A DNA stretch of 64,000 bases from a virus (taxonomy: Duplodnaviria; Heunggongvirae; Uroviricota; Caudoviricetes): the IMG/VR virus record IMGVR_UViG_2744054576_000007, positions 64,001 through 128,000 of that record. One strand, written 5' to 3'. Made by a program: the position numbers and the translations under genes. Shown piece by piece: positions 9,427-18,599 of the stretch. The notes under the pieces were generated by a model. It was not told the DNA's origin. It saw only the letters and a program-made list of their open reading frames with translations, and ran no database searches. The number at the start of each line of letters is the position of its first letter. Position 1 is the stretch's first letter.

Positions 9427-9630
9427 CTAAAGTCTTCCGTCATTAACAACTGTATAAAATTCGCTTTTTGGAGCCTGTTTGATACTATGCAACTTTTGAT
9501 CTTTTAGGCTGCTACAAAGTATACTTGTAAGATTTCCGATTGTCTTTGTATTGGAAATTATGTATTTTCTTCGGTTGTGTATTATTATGTCTCCAGCAAC
9601 CAAAAATTGCGCCATTACCTTACTTTTCAT
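9427..9630 (-). CDS. Hypothetical protein
   Basis: SD GGAGGTG. Confidence 0.65.
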   Translation of the reverse strand: MKSKVMAQFLVAGDIIIHNRRKYIISNTKTIGNLTSILCSSLKDQKLHSIKQAPKSEFYTVVNDGRL

Positions 9631-9705
9631 TTGTTGACACCTCCAATGAACCTAGTTGATTTTATCTTATCATGTATGCACTCATAATCAAATAAGCATT
9701 TCATC

Positions 9706-9897
9706 TTATCTAGACAATAGCCTAACGTTGTCTTTGCCATACACGTCTTTAAGGCGAGCATTCAATAATCCTATTTGCTCATACTCTTTGTACTTACCTT
9801 CGTCAATAACTATCTTTTGAACATCATCGACAACTTTATATTTTACGAAAGGCTGACCAAATGCCTTATTATAGACTAGTAATCTAATCACTTTCAT
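9706..9897 (-). CDS. Hypothetical protein
   Basis: SD GGAGG. Confidence 0.65.
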   Translation of the reverse strand: MKVIRLLVYNKAFGQPFVKYKVVDDVQKIVIDEGKYKEYEQIGLLNARLKDVYGKDNVRLLSR

Positions 9898-10006
9898 CCT
9901 CCAACTTATAAAAATTCATTTTCATGAATTAAAATATCACTGAAATCGAGTATTATACTTTTGAATTTGTATATTCATGCATTTACATCTATGTAAAACA
10001 AGAATT

Positions 10007-10219
10007 TTATAAGAACTTGAGTTCAGTACTATGAAACTCAGGTTTTAGCTGTCTACCGAATCCTTTTAATTGCACTGTATAATAGCTGCCATCCGATTCA
10101 GTGATGCATCCAGTTAAACCGATTAGTTTTGATTCAGATTCGCTCGAAACCATATCCTTTACAATTTCAACTCTTTTACCTATGTTATTTTTCATTAAAA
10201 TACCCCATTTCTTAATCAA
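10007..10219 (-). CDS. Hypothetical protein (SH3/KOW-like beta pattern)
   Basis: IGKRVEIV..LIGLTGCITESDGSYYTVQL. Confidence 0.55.
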   Translation of the reverse strand: MIKKWGILMKNNIGKRVEIVKDMVSSESESKLIGLTGCITESDGSYYTVQLKGFGRQLKPEFHSTELKFL

Positions 10220-10237
10220 ATCACTCTTTTATCAACC

Positions 10238-10606
10238 TTAAGCCACATTAAGATATAGTACATTGACTTTAAGTTCTGTTAATTCAGTCACCTTCGCGAA
10301 AAGTCTTTCTGCCTCTTCTTTCCATCCATTGTTGTAACTAATTAAAACTGACTCATGATATTTCTGGTCAATGATATAAAATAATCTTTGATCAGCAGAT
10401 ATATATAATCCTTCAAAAAAATTGTTTAACTTACTTTTGAATTTTACATTTAGTTCAACCTTACGATTAAAAGGTAAAGTTTTAACAGACTGAACGTCAT
10501 TTATTACTGCCTTAGTTTTATTGTTAACTCTAGCTGTTATACTGTTATCACTTAACTTGAACACAGTTTCGTTTAAATTTAATGTTCCAATTTCATTGAT
10601 TTTCAT
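10238..10606 (-). CDS. Hypothetical protein
   Basis: SD AGGAAG; 122 aa. Confidence 0.65.
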   Translation of the reverse strand: MKINEIGTLNLNETVFKLSDNSITARVNNKTKAVINDVQSVKTLPFNRKVELNVKFKSKLNNFFEGLYISADQRLFYIIDQKYHESVLISYNNGWKEEAERLFAKVTELTELKVNVLYLNVA

Positions 10607-10687
10607 ATTATTACTTCCTGATAAAATGAGTATTTTACAAAGCCCTATTGTCTGACAGATAAGCGATAGAGGGGTCGTAGCCCCATT

Positions 10688-10954
10688 TTAGATCATGCCT
10701 CGATCTTTCAGCGATTTTTCTAGGTCCCTTAATTCGTCGAACTTTTTAGCATACATATCATTGAATGCTACGTGAATTATTGAGTTTTTAGCTTCCAATC
10801 TGTAAAACTCTTCTACTGCATTGACTAAGTTTTTGTACTTAGCTATGAAAAGGCGATAGTCATAGTCTTTGCCCTCACATTTTTTGAGTGTATTATTAAA
10901 ATTAATACCCATGTGAGATAATTTAATTCTCATATCCTCGCTCATACCCGACAC
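10688..10954 (-). CDS. Hypothetical protein
   Basis: SD GGGAGGT; GTG start. Confidence 0.6.
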   Translation of the reverse strand: MSGMSEDMRIKLSHMGINFNNTLKKCEGKDYDYRLFIAKYKNLVNAVEEFYRLEAKNSIIHVAFNDMYAKKFDELRDLEKSLKDRGMI

Positions 10955-11104
10955 CTCCCGCGTAAGGCCGCCGCCATATAATTAAAATTTAAGATCGTTA
11001 CAATACATTGTTAATTGAACAATACTATGTTCCACTTGCAACCTAGCCAGCTTGTTACTGGCTAACGCTCAGAGCCTAATGCGGTTTATTGTCGCTCTGA
11101 CGAC

Positions 11105-11290
11105 TTAATAATTAAAGTACCAAGCGTTCACCTTGCTTGAAATGTTCGTCAAAATATTGTTTTCATTTTCAGTGAATTTGATCTTAGCACGTTCTTTGTG
11201 TTCCATATCTCTTACGAAAATTTTCTCCTCTTTGGTGATTGTGTTTACAAATGCTAGCATTCCTCTAAGACTACCGATTCTGTTTTTCAT
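11105..11290 (-). CDS. Hypothetical protein
   Basis: SD AGGAGG; promoter TTGAAT-17-TATAAT at 11328-11356. Confidence 0.65.
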   Translation of the reverse strand: MKNRIGSLRGMLAFVNTITKEEKIFVRDMEHKERAKIKFTENENNILTNISSKVNAWYFNY

Positions 11291-11413
11291 TTTTTAACCG
11301 CCTCCTATGTATTTATCTTATGAATTTATTATAACACTTTATTTCATTATATTCAATAGTTTAATTATTTTTTTATTTTAAATCATAAAATATTTCTAAG
11401 TAAAATATCAGTT

Positions 11414-11617
11414 TTATAACACTTTTGACTTAATGTATTGATAATACTCTTCAAAAGACTTATATCCTCCACGCTGCTTATATTGTATGTATTGCTCAAG
11501 CACAATTTGATTAAATTGCTTAGTAGTTAATTCAGTGGGATCTAATTTACCCACTAAATAGCTCCAATATAGTCGCGATACACTAGCTGGCTTTTTCTTA
11601 GCCTTCTTCTTTTTCAT
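11414..11617 (-). CDS. Basic hypothetical protein
   Basis: ORF after the methyltransferase; SD-like GGAGGGAAG...GGTGA. Confidence 0.55.
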   Translation of the reverse strand: MKKKKAKKKPASVSRLYWSYLVGKLDPTELTTKQFNQIVLEQYIQYKQRGGYKSFEEYYQYIKSKVL

Positions 11618-11652
11618 GTCATCACCAACTTCCCTCCAAAATGCTAAAGCAC

Positions 11653-12877
11653 CTAATTTGCCCTTGCTGTCTCTTCTTCAGATTTTTCAATAACAACCAA
11701 CACTGTATTGACTCCAGTACCTGACTCCTTAAATGAACCTTCTGGAAGTTTCTCATAATAACCCTTATCATTTAGCCAGCTACGAAAATGAATACTCTTA
11801 GAATCACTAGCAAATGTCCAATGTGGTGACATAATAGCGATAAGCCTTCCCCCATCCTTAAGACAGTCGTATGCTTTTAATACGTGATCAACATCTTTGC
11901 CTTTTTCAAAGGGTGGATTCATTATTACTTTGTCATACTTAGTAAACGGCACAAATTCGATAAAATCATTTGCAACTAACTTGTACTGCTTTAACTCAAG
12001 AATTTGACGTAGCGTATAATTCCACTCTATACATTGCAAATCTGTATTTAGGTTATTGTCTTGTATATATTCATTTACACCATCTAAAATATTGCCGTTG
12101 CCAGCGCTTGGCTCCAAAATGGTTTCACTATCTTGTATGTCTGCCAATTCAATCATGCGTTGAACAATTGTTCTAGGTGTCGGGAAATATCCATCAATTT
12201 TACTGAGCTTAACTTCACTTTCCATTTTCTTAATCTTCTGTTGTACTGGATTGACTGGTTTATCTATGGCATTTATAAGTACAGCATATTTATCTATCGC
12301 ATCATTATACTGTACTGTGTTGTGTATTCCTGCTTTGTTTAATCGCTTCTGCATTTTTGGAACTTCTTGATTCCACCAGCCGTTAACATTGGCATCTGGA
12401 TTAATAGTCGGATATTTTACTTCATAATTGTGCTTACCTCTTGATTTATATTTGACTCTCATATCTTCCCTAAAGCTACCCACTAATAGAGCTATGTCGA
12501 ATTCATTCATTATGTTATTAGTTGCCTTTTCTTTTAGATGTTCCAGAATACTAATTTCTAAGTTCAAATTATCTTTTTCTGTTCTCGGCTTGCTGCTTCT
12601 TGCTGGCGTTTCCATGTGTTAGTTAAATAATCACCAGACCAGGCATTCACTTTCCTTTGTGCTGACTCGATTTGCTTATTAATCTTGCTAATATATTGCT
12701 GCTGATTGCTATTTTTACCTTCTGATTCTTCTTGTGAAATGCCACTTTTACCAGCTCTTTTTGTTCATCGCTCAAGTGCTTCCAAGAAGTATATGCAATA
12801 TTTGTAATAACAGTTGCTAGGGATTCAGAAAGCCAGTCTAATTTTTCTACCATGTTCATACTATTAATGTTTCCCAT
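11653..12877 (-). pseudogene. N6-adenine DNA methyltransferase-like gene, apparently frame-disrupted at its 5' end
   Basis: ORF 11653-12615 has ILEPSAGNGNI (motif I) and VIMNPPF (motif IV); upstream lies a start-less 66-codon frame (12567-12764) and a 76-aa ORF from 12877 that appear to be N-terminal pieces. Confidence 0.65.
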
Positions 12878-12924
12878 TTGAATAACCAGCTTTTAATTTT
12901 TTATTTATTTTTAATAATGAATTA

Positions 12925-13020
12925 TTATCTTAATACCAAGTGTCCGAATACAGTTTGACTTTTTAAGATTTGCCTGCGTTGCCATTGGCTTTTTATTATT
13001 GCTAATTTTGATTGACTCAT
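12925..13020 (-). CDS. Small basic peptide (31 aa, MSQSKLAIIKSQWQRRQILK...)
   Basis: SD GAGGTG; directly after promoter TTGATA-17-TATAAT at 13060-13088. Confidence 0.5.
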   Translation of the reverse strand: MSQSKLAIIKSQWQRRQILKSQTVFGHLVLR

Positions 13021-13154
13021 TATGTTTTCACCTCGTTATCTCTTGTTCTTTATGTATTTATTATAGCATAAACGGATCATTATATCAATATATTTAATTA
13101 TTTTTATATGTTAAAGTAAAAAAAACCGTCTTTTAGACGGGTTAAAAGTAGGTG

Positions 13155-13418
13155 TTATGAATAATTTTTAATCATATTCTTAGCTATGAAAATGTCTGAC
13201 ATTTCACTAATATGAATAGTATCAACTAATCCAATTGTAAAATAACCATCACCTTCATATTCACTATCGCAAGCTCCATTTTCAGCTAGCTCCAACATTA
13301 TACGTCTGAGTTCAAATGATGTATGTTCCTTGTATATGATTCCGGTTGCATGTGTAGCAGCGTTCAATGCTTCGACAATTAATTTATTAGAAATAGTTTC
13401 TTTCATCCGTAAACACAT
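13155..13418 (-). CDS. Hypothetical protein
   Basis: SD AAAGGA; terminator hairpin at 13121-13141. Confidence 0.6.
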   Translation of the reverse strand: MCLRMKETISNKLIVEALNAATHATGIIYKEHTSFELRRIMLELAENGACDSEYEGDGYFTIGLVDTIHISEMSDIFIAKNMIKNYS

Positions 13419-13427
13419 CCTTTCATA

Positions 13428-13443
13428 CGTTTCACGTGGAACA
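13428..13443. other. parS-like site (Spo0J/ParB binding)
   Basis: Minus strand TGTTCCACGTGAAACG matches the Firmicute parS consensus TGTTNCACGTGAAACA at 15/16; intergenic. Confidence 0.75.
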
Positions 13444-13560
13444 ATATTAATTATTCTTATATATTGATTTTAATAATAAATTTTCACTATTACAACAACC
13501 CATAACGAAACACTTATCAACAATGACACTTTATCTTTCATTCTCCACTTCATCAACATA

Positions 13561-13710
13561 TCACCCTTTTAGATGTATATAGACATGCTTGTCTTGGTAC
13601 TCAACTCTATCCAATTGAAACGCTGTTGATAGTTCAAGAATGTCTAAGTCAGTTCCAAGTTTATGTATGATTGTTGATCCGTTTTGTTTGACTACTCTTA
13701 TATGCTTCAT
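13561..13710 (-). CDS. Small hypothetical protein (49 aa, MKHIRVVKQNG...)
   Basis: SD AAAGGGAG; followed by a possible 27-29-aa hydrophobic peptide at 13470-13559. Confidence 0.55.
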   Translation of the reverse strand: MKHIRVVKQNGSTIIHKLGTDLDILELSTAFQLDRVEYQDKHVYIHLKG

Positions 13711-13727
13711 TTAATGTCTCTCCCTTT

Positions 13728-14324
13728 CTAACAAGTTTGTTTATTTTCAATGTATTCATACAGTAAGGAAGCTAAAGTATTCCAAGTAAGTCGTTTAGCC
13801 TTACTGATAATTGCTGTAGTAATCTCTATATTATTTTTGTTTAATTCTTCAAAAAATATATTTTTAACACGTTGCTGCTCGGACAACAATAATGAATTAT
13901 ATCCATATGTCCGTGCATTAAGTGATAAAATAGCCTCTACAAGACAAGAAGATAATGCTCTAAGTTTGTCTAAGTCATCAAGCAAATCATAGTTTGTGAT
14001 TCGTGGTGAACAATTGAATTTATTAATATCGGTTTGGTTAGTTGATTCCTTTGAAGGTCTGTCTTCTTCCTTGGTTATTTGAACATTTATATTCGATGAA
14101 AGGTATTCTCCTTTTACATCGATGTAAATGCCTACAGTTTCAATATCAGTATCGTCATTGATTTCTACGATATCTTTTATATCTACGGTTTGTTGACGAC
14201 CGTCCTCCCATTCAATAACAATGTCTGTTCCTATGGAATCAGAAAATTCGTTAACTACAATTCCATAATCCCATCCTGCACCGCCCCAGTTTCCAAATGC
14301 TTTGCATCCAGTTAGCTTGTTCAT
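13728..14324 (-). CDS. Hypothetical protein under operator-containing promoter
   Basis: SD AAGGAG; promoter TTGACG-17-TATAAT at 14369-14397. Confidence 0.7.
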   Translation of the reverse strand: MNKLTGCKAFGNWGGAGWDYGIVVNEFSDSIGTDIVIEWEDGRQQTVDIKDIVEINDDTDIETVGIYIDVKGEYLSSNINVQITKEEDRPSKESTNQTDINKFNCSPRITNYDLLDDLDKLRALSSCLVEAILSLNARTYGYNSLLLSEQQRVKNIFFEELNKNNIEITTAIISKAKRLTWNTLASLLYEYIENKQTC

Positions 14325-14368
14325 ATGTATTTTCTCCTTTTATAATTCGTTTTTTTATTTATATTTAT

Positions 14369-14448
14369 ATTATAAATGCGAAATTCGCATTCGTCAATAA
14401 CTAAATTCGATTTTCGTAATTGCACGTATAGCAGTCTCTCCTTATAAT
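14369..14448. promoter_or_regulatory. Divergent sigma-A promoters with palindromic operators
   Basis: Leftward TTGACG-17-TATAAT whose spacer is the palindrome AATGCGAAATTCGCATT (14375-14391); degenerate copy at 14404-14420 abuts the rightward TTGCAC-17-TATAAT (14420-14448). Confidence 0.75.
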
Positions 14449-14483
14449 GAAAATACATAGGGAACTTCTGGAGGTTTAGTGAA

Positions 14484-14702
14484 ATGAATATTGTTATAGA
14501 ATGTCATCTTAATTCACTACTGAAACAGCGTGGATGGGATTTTAAGACGGCACATAAAGAATTGGGTATACGCGAGGCAACTATCAGCGAATGGGCTAGA
14601 AATGTAAATAAAACATTTTCACGGGAACAAATCGCTGCTATTATGAGAACATTTGAATTAACTGATTTAGCGCAATTGATTACCGTTAAAATTGAAGAGT
14701 AA
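14484..14702 (+). CDS. XRE/Cro-C1 family HTH transcriptional regulator
   Basis: LNSLLKQRGWDFKTAHKELGIREATISEWARNVNKTFSREQIAAIMRTF; SD GGAGG; terminator at 14767-14800. Confidence 0.85.
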   Translation: MNIVIECHLNSLLKQRGWDFKTAHKELGIREATISEWARNVNKTFSREQIAAIMRTFELTDLAQLITVKIEE

Positions 14703-15087
14703 ACCAATGAGTAATTGTCTGCAATTGATGAAATGTGAATCACTTATACAACCTAAAAAGTAAACAAAAAGAGCCTAGACATAATTCATCTAGGCTTGTT
14801 TGTGTATAGTTTATCTATGAATGATATATCACATTAATGAGCGCAGCTATTGCAATTATCTAAGGGATAACTTTTGTCGTTACTTGCAGTCTTATAGTAA
14901 TCGCTATCCATAACTCTTTCATTAAATTCAGATGTTCTTGTGGCTTAGGTGGTATTTCTGTTCGCTTCAACATATCGTTATTCATAAGATCCCATTCTAT
15001 CAATAGTGATAACTAACTATATTGCACCATATGATGCGGATAAGAAAGGTAATTTGATACGGATTTAAGGTCCACTATACTTATGCA

Positions 15088-15258
15088 TTACTTTTTATTT
15101 TTGTATCTTATTATGTCCAGCACACCCCACGCGATCATTAAAGCCGCTAATATCCAAGCAACAAATTTTATTGAATTTGGATACTCAATAAATAAAGATG
15201 CAACGCCACAGATAATAAACAATACATTTGATGGTATACGTTTAATAAATCGCTTCAT
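15088..15258 (-). CDS. Small two-helix membrane protein (56 aa, MKRFIKRIPSNVLFIICGVASLF...), not in ORF track
   Basis: SD AAAGGGAGGG; two hydrophobic segments, basic C-terminus. Confidence 0.7.
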   Translation of the reverse strand: MKRFIKRIPSNVLFIICGVASLFIEYPNSIKFVAWILAALMIAWGVLDIIRYKNKK

Positions 15259-15358
15259 AGTCAATTCCCTCCCTTTCGTTGCCTATAGTCAATGATTATG
15301 CTATTATGTAATTGTGTTCTAAGGGAATCAACTTTCGATTCCCCTAGGTTGTGAAGCT

Positions 15359-15550
15359 TTAATGCTTGGAGTGTGTTTCCTTTCTGGGAGGAAATGCACT
15401 CTTTTCATTTTCAGCTTCTTTAAGCTTGTCTAATCGTTCCGCTATCTCTTTGCGTCTTGCTCGTTTTTCATCAAAGATGAATTTTAGAACCCGAAGCGCA
15501 AAACCGAGAAAGTTTATGATTAGAGCAATGTAAGGTATGTATTCTAGCAT
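15359..15550 (-). CDS. Small single-TM protein (63 aa, MLEYIPYIALIINFLGFALRVLKF...), type I toxin-like architecture
   Basis: SD AAAGGTGGTG; TGCTATAAT promoter just upstream; hairpins at the 3' end. Confidence 0.6.
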   Translation of the reverse strand: MLEYIPYIALIINFLGFALRVLKFIFDEKRARRKEIAERLDKLKEAENEKSAFPPRKETHSKH

Positions 15551-15706
15551 GGTGTCACCACCTTTCGGCGTGTATCCCTTACATATATTATTATAGCATA
15601 AGTCCACTATTTTGTATATAGTTATATATAATTTATTTATTTTTGTTTATTCGATTAGGTTAATGGTGATAAGATAATTGATGGAGTGAGAATAGTAGAC
15701 AATTAG

Positions 15707-15734
15707 AGAAAATATAATATATGTTATGTAAGAT
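15707..15734. other. dif-like 28-bp site (candidate Xer-type recombination site)
   Basis: AGAAAATATAA-TATATG-TTATGTAAGAT; right arm matches B. subtilis dif TTATGTAAACT at 9/11, left arm weak; AT-rich context. Confidence 0.3.
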
Positions 15735-16756
15735 AGCGTTAATGTTAATCGTGATAGTTTATAAACTAATATGATTAGTTTTAAGACTAGCACATTGTCA
15801 ATCGCGTTGACTAACGATTACAACGGTTCATTGCTCCCCCAACTACCCAAATAACCCGACCAGAAATTTCAAATTCACTGCATATTATTTAGTATTTTTT
15901 TACAATTTTATTCAACTTGACATGCCCATTCTCGACCACTCTATCAGCCCTTCATGCTCAATGATAGATACTACATAACTATACTTATATGGTATCTATG
16001 CAGGGATACGGGGGGATAGTTTACATCCAGACACCACCTAAAATTTACAAAATATCCTGTAGCACTTCCACTCACACACTCAACTTATTTTTTCAGCTCT
16101 ATAATATATTAATATTTTGTAACTATTCACACGTATTTTCTTATCGTTTCAATCGTAAATTCAATCGCAAATCACCTTTCTTTATCTATGTTTTAGTTCA
16201 TATTACAATTGTGTAACCACCCTATTTTTTACTATTTTTAATTAAAATTTATCAAAAAACTCTTTATACACTTAACCTTTTACGATTCAACTTGTGACCA
16301 TCAAACATTACTTACGTAATAATCATTATTTTAATTGGAATTTTATCAATTTTTTCGTTTTGGCGATCAAAATTTTCTGATATCACGATTGAGCTGCTTT
16401 TCAGACAACAAAAAAAGACATCCATTCTTTGAATGTCTTATATCTCATATATGTATTTCTTAATAAAAATCCAATTTAACTAAAGGGAAATTAAATTTTG
16501 GTCTTGAAACGTCTAAGTTAAAGACACAACTATCCCCTATAACACATTAATCTCAAACTTTTACTTCCACCAATTTTTCAACTGCTAATCACCCTAATAT
16601 ATCAACAAGAAATATCATTATCCCCCAAACACCAAAAAAATCACAATCCAAGAGTTGGGCAGCGTAGCGAAACCATCTCTAAATACTGTATATATATATC
16701 TATTATTTATTATATATTAACTTAATTACTAGTCCCCTATTTCTCCCGGAGGAATA

Positions 16757-16830
16757 GGGAGTGGATGTTGGATAAATTGGGAGTAGATGTTGGATGTTTT
16801 GGGAGTGATAGTTGGATAAATTGGGACTAG
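16757..16830. repeat. 22-bp tandem direct repeats (iteron-like), 3 full copies plus 1 partial
   Basis: GGGAGTGGATGTTGGATAAATT / GGGAGTAGATGTTGGATGTTTT / GGGAGTGATAGTTGGATAAATT / GGGACTAG; inverted CTAGTCCC at 16729; AT-rich tract at 16681-16728. Confidence 0.85.
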
Positions 16831-16838
16831 GTAAATTT

Positions 16839-17540
16839 CTATAGTTTATCAATGCTATTAAAATCCAGATAATAATGGTTGTTGTATCTTGTGAATATCA
16901 AATTCCCTTCATCATCATATTGATAGCTTGTTTCAAGTTTCTTTTTTTCAATGCGAATCAAATTCTTTTTTACTAACATATCAGTGTACTTTGGAATCGT
17001 ATTTTTGCCCATATTTAATTCTTTAACCATTGTCTTCTCTATACCAGTAAAGCAATACACCTTCTTAGGGTCAGAGTAATTAATATAGCTTTTAATATAA
17101 TAAAGGATTCGAACTTCTTTTTTATCCAATTTCCGATCTTTCATTCCGTACAAAATGTTGATTGGTAGATATGTAAAAAACTTTTCGTCTAATTTACTGT
17201 CGGTATCAAACTTCTTCTGATTTAAAAAGAACCTTATTGGGTTATTGGGTAGAATCTTTTTTATCTCTCTTATTATATAATCTTCTCTAAAAATATTATT
17301 AAAAGAAGACTTGAGTGTTTTATTGTCCTGAATATTCAAAAACTGTTTCAATTCAGACAAAGAAACATCAAACTCGTATCTGTTTCCGCTTCTCCATGTT
17401 AAGTACTTAAGATAAAGAATCAAACAAAAATCATTAGCATTTATGTTTGGGTCTCTAACAGTACTAGTTGGTAAATGAATAGATTGTTTATTTCGCTTTT
17501 GTTTTGTATTTTTATTGTCGTCCATATTTGATTCATTCAT
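16839..17540 (-). CDS. Tandem winged-helix DNA-binding protein, putative replication initiator
   Basis: Two units of (I/L)L(Y)(L/Y)(K/I).. helix followed by HTH/wing (SLSELKQFLNIQDNKTLKS; TMVKELNMGKNTIPKYTDMLVKKNLIRI); iterons lie 9 bp past the stop. Confidence 0.5.
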   Translation of the reverse strand: MNESNMDDNKNTKQKRNKQSIHLPTSTVRDPNINANDFCLILYLKYLTWRSGNRYEFDVSLSELKQFLNIQDNKTLKSSFNNIFREDYIIREIKKILPNNPIRFFLNQKKFDTDSKLDEKFFTYLPINILYGMKDRKLDKKEVRILYYIKSYINYSDPKKVYCFTGIEKTMVKELNMGKNTIPKYTDMLVKKNLIRIEKKKLETSYQYDDEGNLIFTRYNNHYYLDFNSIDKL

Positions 17541-17549
17541 CCACAGACT

Positions 17550-18599
17550 TTACTCTGTCTTCCCTTCTTTTATTTTTTTAGCTTCCCTTTTCATTTGAAA
17601 GACTGCTCCCTCATGCTGATTTAAAATAATCTCAACCAATTCTTCTTTTGTCAATTCATCGAATATAGAATCCTCGATTTGATTGCCGATGCGTAAACTG
17701 AGACTATTGCTTAAATCATTGTCTTTATGTCTGTAGCGTTCCGTAACATTGTAACTAGAATGATTGTAGTGTTCTTTTGCTTCTTCTAGTGTTCCATACA
17801 TACTGGCAACATTTCGAAAACTATGGAACACTACGTTTCTTTCTTTTGGTATCTTTAGTTCGCTTTTTAAATAATCCATCATATTTTGAATTGTTTTTGT
17901 ACCTAAATGAAATATTTTATTATCATTGTATCTTTTATAGTATGGTTGTTCCTTTATTTTTAGTAGATAATCATATAGATCTGGAGAGATTGGCATTACA
18001 TGTTTCTTTCCACCTTTCCCTATAATATTTACCTCATAGTAATCATGAGATTCAGTCTTGATTATATCTGTCCATTGAAGATTTAATAGCGATCCTTTAC
18101 GAAAACTCGTTGTATATGCCATGCGAATCAATGCTGATTTTTCAATACCTTTTACTGTCCCTTCGGCAATCACAGCCATCTGTTCAGCTTCGTGAGTATA
18201 GAGTCTACCGCATTGTTCGGAATCATCAGATAATGGCTTTATTTGAGTCACAATTGCTTTTACATTGTAGTCATTTTTTTCGAGAAATGTATAAAGGCTT
18301 TGTATCGCTGCAATGAAATTATTGATTGTAGTGTTTGTGTAGAATCTCTTTTCATCTTCATCTTTTAATTCTTTCAAAAAGTTACGATATCTTAGAATAT
18401 CAGCATTTCTAATCTGCAAGTCATCTTCTTTTAATGAAGCTAGATTTTTACCTCTGTACCACATAAAGAATTTAACCAATCTATTCCTATAAGTGTTTGA
18501 AGTAAATCTACTTTCGAAGCTATTCAAATGAGTTTCAATATCTTCATTCACACTTTTTGTATGTAATCCAACCAAATTATTATTTAGCGATGCACTCAT
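17550..18599 (-). CDS. Tyrosine recombinase (integrase/Xer family)
   Basis: Catalytic set R (SFRKG), K (GKGGK), HxxR (HSFR), H (NHSS), Y (TERY) all present. Confidence 0.85.
   Translation of the reverse strand: MSASLNNNLVGLHTKSVNEDIETHLNSFESRFTSNTYRNRLVKFFMWYRGKNLASLKEDDLQIRNADILRYRNFLKELKDEDEKRFYTNTTINNFIAAIQSLYTFLEKNDYNVKAIVTQIKPLSDDSEQCGRLYTHEAEQMAVIAEGTVKGIEKSALIRMAYTTSFRKGSLLNLQWTDIIKTESHDYYEVNIIGKGGKKHVMPISPDLYDYLLKIKEQPYYKRYNDNKIFHLGTKTIQNMMDYLKSELKIPKERNVVFHSFRNVASMYGTLEEAKEHYNHSSYNVTERYRHKDNDLSNSLSLRIGNQIEDSIFDELTKEELVEIILNQHEGAVFQMKREAKKIKEGKTE

Noticed and set aside
11095-11145. Hammerhead ribozyme core (CTGACGA ... GAAA)
   Set aside because: No stem II closing directly onto GAAA and no matching stems I and III
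16757-16830. 22-bp repeats as a CRISPR array
   Set aside because: Repeats are contiguous with no spacers, and no cas genes are present
17550-18599. Recombinase as the prophage integrase marking an att boundary, or as a catalytically dead SroF/YopR-type repressor
   Set aside because: Phage genes continue on both sides with no att or host DNA, and all catalytic residues are retained
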